NCBI RefSeq assembly: GCF_000022265.1
Contig: NC_011979.1
Coordinates: forward strand, 270,001 to 302,000
Length of the DNA: 32,000 nt
Direction of reading: 5' to 3'
Source of the DNA: Geotalea daltonii FRC-32
GTDB lineage: Bacteria > Desulfobacterota > Desulfuromonadia > Geobacterales > Geobacteraceae
In this document: positions 7,538 through 15,602 of the stretch, piece after piece
Numbering within the stretch: position 1 is the first letter of the stretch
Layout of the letters: every line of letters begins with the position of its first letter
Notes under the pieces: model-generated
What the model saw: the letters and a program-made list of their open reading frames with translations, nothing else
Database searches by the model: none
What the model was told of the DNA's origin: nothing
Made by a program: the position numbers and the translations under genes

Positions 7538-9451
7538 ATGAGGTACGCAGAGACTGGGTTTAATTTAGAGGTTGATCTGTCACAGGGAACCGTGAAGAGG
7601 GTGCCGACCGACCGGAAATTGTCCGAGCTCCACCTGGGGGGACAGGGAACGGCCGCAAGGATACTATGGGATCGCGTTCCGCCGGAAACCGATCCTCTTT
7701 CCCCCGAAAATATACTCATCTTCAGCACGGGGCTCCTCCATGGCACCCCGGTGCCCGGTGCCAACCGCACCTCCGTCAGCACCTTTTCCCCCCTGACCGG
7801 GCTTTATGTCAATTCGCTGATGGGGGGGTGGTTCGGGCCGGAACTGAAATTTGCCGGCTATGACAAAATCATCATCAGCGGCGAATCACCCAGTCTGGTC
7901 TATCTCTACATCAACAACGACACGGTCGAGATCCGAGATGCAGGCCATCTTCAGGGCAAGGGTTGCCAGGAGGTCGCAACCCTGCTGCAGAAAGAACTGA
8001 AGGAGCCGAAGCTACAGGTCGCAGCCATCGGGCTGGCAGGTGAAAACAAAGTGTTTCAGGCCACCATCGAACATGCCAACTCCAGCGCATCCCGTCACGG
8101 GGTGGGCGCGGTCATGGGGGCCAAACGGCTGAAGGCGATTGCGGTACGCGGGACAAAGGATGTGTATGTTTCCGGTGCGGCAGAGCTCTGGGAATTGTGT
8201 CGCGGCAAGTATCAGGAAATTTATGATAACAAGAACTGCGGCGACCCCATGGCCCATGACCACAATGAAAGTTTCCATGTGGACAACTTTGCCTGGGGCA
8301 ATGCACGCACCCGGAGAAAAGACTATTGGAACAAAGAGCGCGAGGAACAGTGGGTGGGGCTCTGGAAAGAGGTCCGCACCCGTGATTCCGGCTGCTACAA
8401 CTGTCCGAAGGATTGCCACTACACCATCTCCTATCCGGGGCGCCATACCTATTTTCTCAAGTGCTTCAACAAGCTTACCTACAGCATGGCAGCCTTCGAG
8501 GAGATCGACTTCAATTACAACATCCTGGGGCTGACCAGCGCCTATGGCATGGATGGGTTTTCAACGCCTCAGGTGCTTGCCTTTGCCATTGAGCTCTACG
8601 AGGCGGGCATACTGACCGAGAAGGATCTTCCTGATTTCCCTGCCGACGGTGCGGGAAGGTTCTTCTATCTCCTGGACAAAGTCGTGCATCGTGAAGGGAT
8701 CGGCGACGTGCTGGCCAATGGCGTCTATCAGGCCGCCCGTATAATAGGCAAAGGTGCCGAGGCATACGACCACAACACTACGAAAAAGGTTGAGCAGGTG
8801 CCGCTCAAGCTGGGTGTGGTCAATTACCCTTTCTTCCTCATGTACTGCACCGGCGAAAAGATGAACATCACCCAGATCGAAGGCTCCTTTCCCCAGGCCC
8901 CCATTGCCAATCCGGAAAAGCGCAGGAAATTTGTCGAGAATTGGTCCGCCGCGCCGGAGCGGTTCAAGAAATGGCTGCTGGAGTGGGAGCCAAAGCAGCA
9001 CATGCCCATTGAGGCCTCGGTTAATGTCTGTGACTGGAACGAGGCGATGCACTACGTGGACGATGCCATCGGCACCTGTGCGTGGCTGTCGTCCTTCCGC
9101 GGGCAGTTCGGCGGGTCCCCTCCATATCATCTGTTCAACCTCCCCCAGATCATCGGGCTGGCGGCCGGTATCGAGCTCGATTCCGACGGGCTCCTGGAAA
9201 TATCCAGAAGGAATCGCAACCTGGTGCGGGCACTCAACATCAGAAGAGGACTGAGGCGGAATGTGGAGAAGCCGCCGGAGGACCATTGGAAGATACGGGA
9301 CCCCGAGATGGAACAGAAGCACCTGGACGCCTATTACGAGTTCAAGGGGTGGACCAGTGACGGTATCCCCACCAGGGAGACGCTGGACCGATTGCAGCTT
9401 CAGTATGTGAGCGAAGACTTCATCGCTCGGGGAATCCTGCCGGCCGCCTGA
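7538..9451 (+). CDS. bamB: BamB-type subunit of class II benzoyl-CoA reductase (W-pterin, [4Fe-4S]), paralog 2
   Basis: 637 aa, GGAAGAGG SD. Closely tracks G. metallireducens BamB as I recall it: MRYAETGF..EVDL, GANRT, IEHANSSAS, NFAWGNARTRRKDYW, CYNCPKDC, FLKCFNKLTYSMAA, LMYCTGEKMNITQIEGSFPQAP, DDAIGTCAWLSSF, GWTSDGIPTRETL. Confidence 0.9.
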   Translation: MRYAETGFNLEVDLSQGTVKRVPTDRKLSELHLGGQGTAARILWDRVPPETDPLSPENILIFSTGLLHGTPVPGANRTSVSTFSPLTGLYVNSLMGGWFGPELKFAGYDKIIISGESPSLVYLYINNDTVEIRDAGHLQGKGCQEVATLLQKELKEPKLQVAAIGLAGENKVFQATIEHANSSASRHGVGAVMGAKRLKAIAVRGTKDVYVSGAAELWELCRGKYQEIYDNKNCGDPMAHDHNESFHVDNFAWGNARTRRKDYWNKEREEQWVGLWKEVRTRDSGCYNCPKDCHYTISYPGRHTYFLKCFNKLTYSMAAFEEIDFNYNILGLTSAYGMDGFSTPQVLAFAIELYEAGILTEKDLPDFPADGAGRFFYLLDKVVHREGIGDVLANGVYQAARIIGKGAEAYDHNTTKKVEQVPLKLGVVNYPFFLMYCTGEKMNITQIEGSFPQAPIANPEKRRKFVENWSAAPERFKKWLLEWEPKQHMPIEASVNVCDWNEAMHYVDDAIGTCAWLSSFRGQFGGSPPYHLFNLPQIIGLAAGIELDSDGLLEISRRNRNLVRALNIRRGLRRNVEKPPEDHWKIRDPEMEQKHLDAYYEFKGWTSDGIPTRETLDRLQLQYVSEDFIARGILPAA

Positions 9452-9507
9452 GGGGCAGGGAGATCCCGGCAGTAAAATGTAGAACTACAGTCAAGAGGAT
9501 AGCAGCC

Positions 9508-10044
9508 ATGAGCGATCAGCCAAAGAAGAAGATGGTCAAGGAAGTAAAGGTGGATCTTGATAAATGCATCGGGTGCCGTGCCTGCGAGGTGGCATGCTCC
9601 GGGTTTCATGCCAGCCCCAAATACAGCAGCTTCAACCCGGCCCGGTCCCGCATCCGGGTGGTCCAGGATCTGGTCAATGATGTCTATGTGCCGCTACGGG
9701 CCGCTGAATATACGCCGGCCGAGTGCACGGGCAGACAGACCTTCAAGATCCATGGCAAGCAATACAGCGAGTGCAACTTCTGCCCGGCTTCCTGCCCTTC
9801 GCGGGACCTGTTCAAGGAGCCCGATTCCGGCCTCCCCCTGAAATGCGACATGTGTGAGGAGGAAGAAACGCCCCTGTGTGTCCAGGTTTGCCGACCCGGC
9901 GCCTTGACCTATGAAGTGCGTGAAGAGGAACGGGCTGAGGAAGAACCTGCATTGGGTGAGGTGGAGGTAGGACTGAAATCCCTGCTCCACAAGCATGGAG
10001 CCCAAAAGGTGCTGGATACCATCGCCCGCCTGCAGAATGACTGA
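9508..10044 (+). CDS. bamC: BamC-type poly-[4Fe-4S] ferredoxin subunit
   Basis: 178 aa, CIGCRACEVAC plus further Cys clusters (CNFCPASCP, CDMCEEEETPLCVQVCRPG), AAGAGGA SD. Sits directly after bamB, as in known bam clusters. Confidence 0.85.
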   Translation: MSDQPKKKMVKEVKVDLDKCIGCRACEVACSGFHASPKYSSFNPARSRIRVVQDLVNDVYVPLRAAEYTPAECTGRQTFKIHGKQYSECNFCPASCPSRDLFKEPDSGLPLKCDMCEEEETPLCVQVCRPGALTYEVREEERAEEEPALGEVEVGLKSLLHKHGAQKVLDTIARLQND

Positions 10045-11216
10045 TGCACAAAAAGGAACTGAAAGTGGAAACTGTTGCTCCATTTAAAGAGATCATCGAT
10101 GTCATCAAGGAAGAAGGCGGAGATCCCTTCAAGTTCTGTTACCAGTGCGGCAAGTGCGATTCCGTCTGCCCATGGAATCGAGTTCGCACCTTCAGTATGC
10201 GCAAACTGGTCCGTCAGGCCAGTCTGGGACTGACGGAGATCGAAAGCGAAGACATCTGGCGCTGCAGTACCTGCGGCAGGTGTCCCCAGAACTGCCCGAG
10301 GGGTGTGAAACAGATCGAATCGGGGGTAGCTTTACGCAGGATCGCCACCCAGAACGAGGTGTTTCCTGCCGCCGTGGAGCCGCTGCGCACGGTGAGCGTG
10401 GGGCTGATGGGAGAAGGAAACCCTTTCAATGACGAGCGGAAGAACAGGGGGGACTGGGCGCAGGGATTGTCGGTCAAACCCTTTACCAAGGAGATGGAGG
10501 TCCTTTATTTCTCCTGTTGCTACCTGAGCTATGCCCCCAGGTTGAAAAAGGTGGCTGCTGCCACGGCGAACGTCCTCAACAAGGCCGGGGTGAAATTCGG
10601 CATTCTCGGCGAAAGAGAGAACTGCTGCGGGGAAAGCATCCGCAAGACCGGCAACGAGGAGCTTTTCACCAAGCTGGCCAAGGAGAACATCCAGAACTTC
10701 ATCGATAACGGCGTCAAAAAGATCCTCGTTTCCTCCCCCCACAGCTACCATACCTTCAAAAACGAGTATCCCGAATTCATGGTTAACTTCGAAGTCGTCT
10801 ACGTCACCGATTACCTGAACCAGTTGATCAAGGACGGCAGGCTGAAACTCAGCAAGGAATGCCCAAAGAAGGTCACCTATCACGATCCCTGTTACCTTGG
10901 GCGCCACAACGGCATCTATGACCAGCCGCGGGAGATCCTGAAGCGGATAGCCGGGTTGGAGCTGGTGGAGATGGCCGATTCACGGGAAAACAGCCTCTGC
11001 TGCGGCGGGGGAGGCGGCAGAATATGGGTGGAAACGCCGAAAGAAGAGCGTTTTTCAGACCTGCGCGTGGGACAGGCGGTCAGTGTGGGGGCCGAGGTGC
11101 TCGCCACCTCCTGCCCCTATTGCATTACCAATTTTGAGGACAGCAGGCTCTCCCTCGATGAGGGGGTGGTCCTGGAAATCAAGGATATCACGGAGATTCT
11201 CGAGGAGCTGATGTAG
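10044..11216 (+). CDS. bamD: BamD-type HdrD-like subunit (2x[4Fe-4S] plus two CCG domains)
   Basis: CYQCGKCDSVCP and CSTCGRCPQNCP ferredoxin motifs, with CCGES and CCGGGGG (CCG-domain) motifs. The start ATG overlaps the bamC stop (TGATG), suggesting translational coupling. Confidence 0.9.
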   Translation: MHKKELKVETVAPFKEIIDVIKEEGGDPFKFCYQCGKCDSVCPWNRVRTFSMRKLVRQASLGLTEIESEDIWRCSTCGRCPQNCPRGVKQIESGVALRRIATQNEVFPAAVEPLRTVSVGLMGEGNPFNDERKNRGDWAQGLSVKPFTKEMEVLYFSCCYLSYAPRLKKVAAATANVLNKAGVKFGILGERENCCGESIRKTGNEELFTKLAKENIQNFIDNGVKKILVSSPHSYHTFKNEYPEFMVNFEVVYVTDYLNQLIKDGRLKLSKECPKKVTYHDPCYLGRHNGIYDQPREILKRIAGLELVEMADSRENSLCCGGGGGRIWVETPKEERFSDLRVGQAVSVGAEVLATSCPYCITNFEDSRLSLDEGVVLEIKDITEILEELM

Positions 11217-11240
11217 AAAAATTCATGGAGGCTGACTTTT

Positions 11241-11317
11241 CCCCCTCACCCTCTCCCACTAGGAGGAAAGGGGATTTGAGCCCCTCTTTCTTCGATGGGA
11301 GTGGCCGGGGGAGGGTG
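11241..11317. repeat. Compound imperfect palindrome (REP-like) just after bamD
   Basis: Outer arms CACCCTCTCCCACT / GGGAGTGG..GGGGGAGGGTG and inner arms GAAAGGGG / CCCCTCTTTC, a C-run/G-run hairpin architecture. Confidence 0.45.
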
Positions 11318-11371
11318 TACGGTGTGGCTTCTAAACCCAAATAGCAAATTAAGGTTCTTCAGACATTTTCA

Positions 11372-11551
11372 GGGAAAGCAGTCGTGGCATCGGGAGAGAG
11401 TGACGAGCTACAGCGGCGAGCGGACACCCGCCGCATGTGGAACGGAGGCAGCCTATCAAATTTCAGCATCGTGTGCCCTCATGAGGACGGCACCGCAAGG
11501 TCCGCAGCTGTGGCGACAGAGCGAACGGACGATGTCGCGACTGCCTTTTTT
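11372..11551 (+). ncRNA. Candidate structured RNA / structured 5' leader of bamE (unknown family)
   Basis: A 15-bp closing helix pairs 11378-11392 with 11530-11544 and includes 2 G-U pairs that pair only on the + strand. Nested inside are an 8-bp helix (11407-11414 / 11507-11514), a GC hairpin (11416-11434, ACAC loop), a 5-bp helix (11436-11440 / 11502-11506) and a hairpin (11473-11493). A T6 tract at 11546-11551 follows the closing helix. No convincing ORF or SD. Confidence 0.25.
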
Positions 11552-11604
11552 CACAGAATTACCGGATGAACCAAACTAAAGGGATGCTTACGGTGGGAAA
11601 TGAC

Positions 11605-14600
11605 ATGGCACAAAAAAAATTCATAGACGTTCTCGTGGTCGGCGGCGGTATCAGCGGTATCCAGGCTGCACTCGATCTTGCCAATAGCGGCTTCAAGGTC
11701 TATCTGGTCGATAAGGCGCCGGCCATCGGCGGCAAGATGTCGCAGCTGGACAAGACCTTCCCCTCCAACGACTGCTCCATGTGCATCGAATCTCCCAAGT
11801 TCAACGAATGCAGCAGGCATCCCAACATCGAGATCCTGACCTATACGGCGGTGGAGAGCGTCAAGGGAAAGGCGGGGAACTTCAAGGTCACCCTGGTGAA
11901 GAAGCCGCGCTACGTTGTGGAGGAGAAGTGCACGGGGTGCAACCTCTGCGTGGAATACTGCCCGGCCAAGGTCCCTGACAGGTACAACCAGAATATTTCC
12001 GACAACAAGGCCATCCATATCCATTTTTCCCAGGCACTGCCGCTGATTCCGTATGTGGACCCGGAGGCATGTCTTTATCTTAAAGACGGCTCGTGCACCA
12101 TTTGCGTGGGGGTTTGCAAACCAAACGCCATCGACCTCCATCAGGAAGAAGAGCTGATGGAAGTGAACGCAGGGGCCATCGTCCTCGCTCCCGGCTTCGA
12201 GACCTTTGACCCCAAGCTCAGGAGCGACTACGGTTACGGTGTCTTCGAGAATGTGGTGACCAGCCTGGACTACGAGCGGATTCTCAGTTCCACCGGTCCC
12301 TACGAGGGGACGATCAGCCGTCCCTCGGACAAGAAACATCCCCACAAAATCGCCTGGATCCAGTGTGTCGGCTCTCGCCAGGTGAATCCAGAGGGGGGGA
12401 ACAGCTACTGCTCGGCGGTCTGCTGTGCCTATACCCAGAAGCAGGTGATTCTCACCAAAGATCATGACCCCGGCATGGAAGCCACCATCTTCCACAACGA
12501 CATCCGCGCCTTCGGCAAGGAATTCGAGCGTTTCTACCAGCGGGCCGAAAAGCTCTCCGACGTGCGCTTCATCAGAAGCTACGTCTCCATCGGCAGGGAG
12601 AACCCGGAAACCAGGAACGTCAGCATCCGCTATTCCACCTTCGACCAGGGGGTGAAGGAAGAAGAATTCGATATGGTGGTCCTCTCGGTTGGCCTCAACC
12701 CGCCGGCCGACGTCCAGACCATGGCCACCACCTTCGGTATCGAGCTCAACGAGTACGGCTTCTGCAAAACCAGGCCCGGCAACGCCATTGAAACCACCCG
12801 TCCCGGCATTTATGTGAGCGGCGCCTTTACCGGCCCGGCCGATATTCCAGAATCGGTGGTGACTGCCGGCGGCGCCAATGCCCTGTGCAGCGAACTCCTC
12901 TCCTATCGGCGCGGCGACCTTTCCCGGGAGCGGGTATATCCACCGGAGAAAGATGTAGCTAAAGAAGAGATCAGGATCGGCGTGGTCGTCTGCCTGTGCG
13001 GCGCCAACATCGGCCGGGTGGTGGATACCCCCGCCGTGGTCGAATATGCCGCCGGTCTCCCCAACGTGGTCTACGCCGAGCGCAACATGTTTGCCTGTTC
13101 CACGGAAAACGCCCAGCTCATAGCGGATGCCATCGTCGAGCACAACCTGAACCGCGTGGTGCTGGCAGCCTGCACCCCCCGGACCCACGAACCGCTCTTT
13201 CGGGATACCTGCCGGGAAGCGGGGTTGAACCAGTACTATTTCGAATTCGCCAACATCCGGGAGCACTGCTCCTGGGTCCACTCCAAGGACAAGGAAGGCG
13301 CCACCGAAAAGGCCAAGGACATCGTCCGCATGGCCGTGGCCAGGGCAGCCCACCTGGAGCCGCTGCAGGAGTTCCAGCTGCCGGTGAACAAGACTGCCCT
13401 GGTGGTTGGGGGTGGCATTGCCGGCATGACCAGCGCCCTGAGCATGGCCAACATCGGTTTCCAGGTGCATCTGGTTGAGAAGGAATCCGACTTGGGGGGA
13501 ATGGCCCGCCGGCTCCACTACACTTTGGACGGGCTTGAGGTTCAGCCCCTTTTGGACGACCTGGTCCGCAAGGTATACCGCCACCCGCTGATTCACATCT
13601 CCCTTGACGCCACCATCACTGACGTATCCGGCTATGTGGGAAACTTTGTCACCACTGTCATCTCCGAAGGACGTCGCCGGGAGATCGCCCATGGCGCCGC
13701 CATCCTCGCCACCGGCGCCGATGAATACAAGCCCACGGAATACCTCTACGGGCAGAACGACCAGGTTCTTACGTCCCTTGAACTGGAGGAGCGGATCGCC
13801 AAGGGGGACGAACAGACCCTGGGTGCCCAGACCCTGGTCATGATCCAGTGTGTCGGCTGCCGGGAAGAATGGAAGAACTACTGCAGCCGTGTCTGCTGCA
13901 GCCAGTCCATCAAGAACGCCCTGAAGCTCAAGGAACTCAACCCGGAGATGGAGATCTACGTCATCTACCGGGACATGAGGACCTACGGATTCAGGGAAGA
14001 CTACTACCGGGAAGCCGCCAACAAAGACGTGAAATTCATCCGCTATGAGCCCGCCGGCAAACCCCTGGTTGAAGCAGCCACGGAGGGGGGGCGCCCCATC
14101 ATTCGGGTAACCGTACCGGACCCGGTTCTCGGCCAGAAGCTGGCCATAGATGCCAATCTGCTGGTCCTTGCCGCTGCCGTTGTCCCGTCGGCCGCGAGCC
14201 AGGAGATGGCCAAGCTGTTCAAGGTGGCCATGAACACGGACGGCTTCTTTCAGGAGGCCCATGTCAAGCTGCGGCCGGTCGATTTCGGCGCCGACGGCAT
14301 CTTCCTCTGCGGCCTTGCCCACTATCCGAAACATATCACGGAGACCATCAGCCAGGCATACGGTGCTGCCGGCCGCACGGTCAACCTGCTCACCCGCGAC
14401 TCGGTCACCGCCTCCGGTGCGGTCTGCGATGTGACCAGGAGCAACTGCGTGGCGTGCGCGGCCTGCATTACCGCCTGTAAATATGATGCCATAGAACTGG
14501 TCGACACACCTTTTGGCAAGGAGGCCACGGTGAATCCGGCCCTGTGCAAGGGAGACGGCTTGTGCAACACCAAGTGCCCGACCGGTGCCATCTACCTGAA

Positions 14601-14661
14601 GCACTACACGAACCAGGAGATTTGGTCCCAGATCGATGCGGCGACGCCGGGGTGGGAGTGA
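11605..14661 (+). CDS. bamE: BamE-type subunit: two fused HdrA-like FAD/FeS modules plus ferredoxin domains
   Basis: Two dinucleotide-binding motifs (VVGGGISGIQAALDLA, VVGGGIAGMTSALSMA). HdrA-like Cys motifs (SYCSAVCCAY, NYCSRVCCSQ). 4Fe-4S motifs (CTGCNLCVEYCP, CVACAACITAC, CKGDGLCNTKCP). Start chosen at MAQKKFIDVLVVGGG; upstream in-frame ATGs at 11566 and 11584 lack a well-spaced SD. No in-frame TGA. Confidence 0.9.
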   Translation: MAQKKFIDVLVVGGGISGIQAALDLANSGFKVYLVDKAPAIGGKMSQLDKTFPSNDCSMCIESPKFNECSRHPNIEILTYTAVESVKGKAGNFKVTLVKKPRYVVEEKCTGCNLCVEYCPAKVPDRYNQNISDNKAIHIHFSQALPLIPYVDPEACLYLKDGSCTICVGVCKPNAIDLHQEEELMEVNAGAIVLAPGFETFDPKLRSDYGYGVFENVVTSLDYERILSSTGPYEGTISRPSDKKHPHKIAWIQCVGSRQVNPEGGNSYCSAVCCAYTQKQVILTKDHDPGMEATIFHNDIRAFGKEFERFYQRAEKLSDVRFIRSYVSIGRENPETRNVSIRYSTFDQGVKEEEFDMVVLSVGLNPPADVQTMATTFGIELNEYGFCKTRPGNAIETTRPGIYVSGAFTGPADIPESVVTAGGANALCSELLSYRRGDLSRERVYPPEKDVAKEEIRIGVVVCLCGANIGRVVDTPAVVEYAAGLPNVVYAERNMFACSTENAQLIADAIVEHNLNRVVLAACTPRTHEPLFRDTCREAGLNQYYFEFANIREHCSWVHSKDKEGATEKAKDIVRMAVARAAHLEPLQEFQLPVNKTALVVGGGIAGMTSALSMANIGFQVHLVEKESDLGGMARRLHYTLDGLEVQPLLDDLVRKVYRHPLIHISLDATITDVSGYVGNFVTTVISEGRRREIAHGAAILATGADEYKPTEYLYGQNDQVLTSLELEERIAKGDEQTLGAQTLVMIQCVGCREEWKNYCSRVCCSQSIKNALKLKELNPEMEIYVIYRDMRTYGFREDYYREAANKDVKFIRYEPAGKPLVEAATEGGRPIIRVTVPDPVLGQKLAIDANLLVLAAAVVPSAASQEMAKLFKVAMNTDGFFQEAHVKLRPVDFGADGIFLCGLAHYPKHITETISQAYGAAGRTVNLLTRDSVTASGAVCDVTRSNCVACAACITACKYDAIELVDTPFGKEATVNPALCKGDGLCNTKCPTGAIYLKHYTNQEIWSQIDAATPGWE

Positions 14662-14685
14662 GAACAAATAACCAAGATGTAAAGT

Positions 14686-14765
14686 CCCCCTTTGAGAAAG
14701 GGGGATTTAGGGGGATTTGATTCATATTGCCCAAATCCCCCCAACCCCCCTTTTATAAAGGGGGG
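14686..14765. repeat. Cluster of three C-run/G-run hairpins (REP-like) between bamE and bamF
   Basis: CCCCCTTT-gag-AAAGGGGG (14686-14704). GGGGGATTT-14 nt-AAATCCCCC (14710-14741). CCCCCCTTT-tat-AAAGGGGGG (14745-14765). Tandem GGGGGATTTA / GGGGGATTTG. The core GGGGGATT(T)GA recurs at 27741 and, inverted, at 31044. Confidence 0.55.
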
Positions 14766-14792
14766 AGCTATTGTTTAGAAAGGAGAACGAGC

Positions 14793-15560
14793 ATGACAGC
14801 AGCCCTTGAATTTAAACCGCGGGTCGTCGGTTTTTTGTGCACGTGGTGAGCGTACGGCGCTGCCGACCTGGCTGGAGTTTCCAGACTGCAATATACAACT
14901 GAAACAAAGATCATCCGCGTGATGTGCTCGGGCAGGGTCGACCTGGACTTTGTGCTGCGCGCCTTTTCCCGGGGTGCCGACGGGGTATTCATTGGTGGCT
15001 GCTGGCTTGGCGAGTGCCATTATGTCACCGAAGGCAATTACGATGCCCTGAGCATGATGCACCTGGCCAAGAGAGTCCTCGAAGAGGTAGGAATCAATCC
15101 CGACCGGCTGCGTCTCGAATGGGTTTCCGCCTCAGAGGGGATGCGCTACGCCGAGGTGATGAACGACTTCGGTCGCAGACTGAAGGAACTGGGGCCGATC
15201 GGTTCCAGCGAGGGCATAGAAAAAGAGGCCCTGAAGCTGAAATTTGCCGCAGTGAAGAAGATACTCCCCTTCCTCAAGCTGGTTGAACGGGAGCGGTTGC
15301 GGGTACGGTTTAAGACGGAAGAAGAATATACGAAATTCTTCAGTAGCCCGGAGGTGGATGCCCTGATCCGTGGGGTGATCGCCGAAAATCTGGCCATCAG
15401 CCAGATTCTCACGCTCCTGGGGAGAAAACCGCTGACGACCAGGCAAATTGCCGAGGTGTTGAGGCTGGAGCCGGCGGAGGTGGCAAGATGCCTCAATGTT
15501 TCATCGCAACAGGGCTTGATCCGCTACAACGAAACCGAGAAACGCTATGCCGTCGCCTGA
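14793..15560 (+). CDS. bamF: BamF-type MvhD/FlpD-like subunit, selenocysteine-containing (TGA at 14847-14849 read as Sec)
   Basis: The ATG at 14793 (AGGAGAA SD at about 14781-14787) is in frame with ORF 14919..15560. Read-through gives MTAALEFKPRVVGFLCTW-U-AYGAADLAGVSRLQYTTETKIIRVMCSGRVD, which matches the MvhD signature CxWCxYxGADxAG with Sec at the second Cys. Sec in BamF is reported for G. metallireducens (from memory). Confidence 0.8.
14855..14886 (+). promoter_or_regulatory. Candidate SECIS hairpin(s) downstream of the bamF UGA
   Basis: CGGC-gcu-GCCG (14855-14865) starts 6 nt after the UGA. GGCUGGA-guu-UCCAGAC (14870-14886) has one G/A mismatch and a GUU apical loop. I cannot tell which one, if either, is functional. 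Confidence 0.3.
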
Positions 15561-15602
15561 TCCGACCGGTGACGGGGCTAAATGAGAAAAGAGGGCACGA
15601 CT

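Noticed and set aside
11372-11551. Identification of the bamD-bamE structured region as a known RNA (SRP/4.5S, 6S, tRNA-Sec, GEMM-I cyclic-dinucleotide, Moco, cobalamin or ZTP riboswitch)
   Set aside because: I looked for the hallmark strings I remember and found none. These were the SRP GGAAGCAGCC domain IV with GNRA loop, GEMM GGCAAACC/ACGCAAAGC, the B12 box, ZTP CCGCCTGGGC, and a Sec-tRNA anticodon stem with TCA loop. Only a loose GGAGGCAGCC resemblance appeared. The region is left as an unknown family.
11295-11579. ORFs 11295..11579 + and 11384..11569 + as small proteins in the bamD-bamE spacer
   Set aside because: No SD, odd composition (Arg/Thr/Ser-rich), mutually overlapping frames, and one runs across a REP-like palindrome. 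The RNA-structure explanation fits better, though neither is proven.
11605-14661. A second selenocysteine codon in the HdrA-like bamE
   Set aside because: The frame is continuously open with no in-frame TGA. The CC motifs where some HdrA homologs carry Sec are encoded as Cys here (SYCSAVCC, NYCSRVCC).
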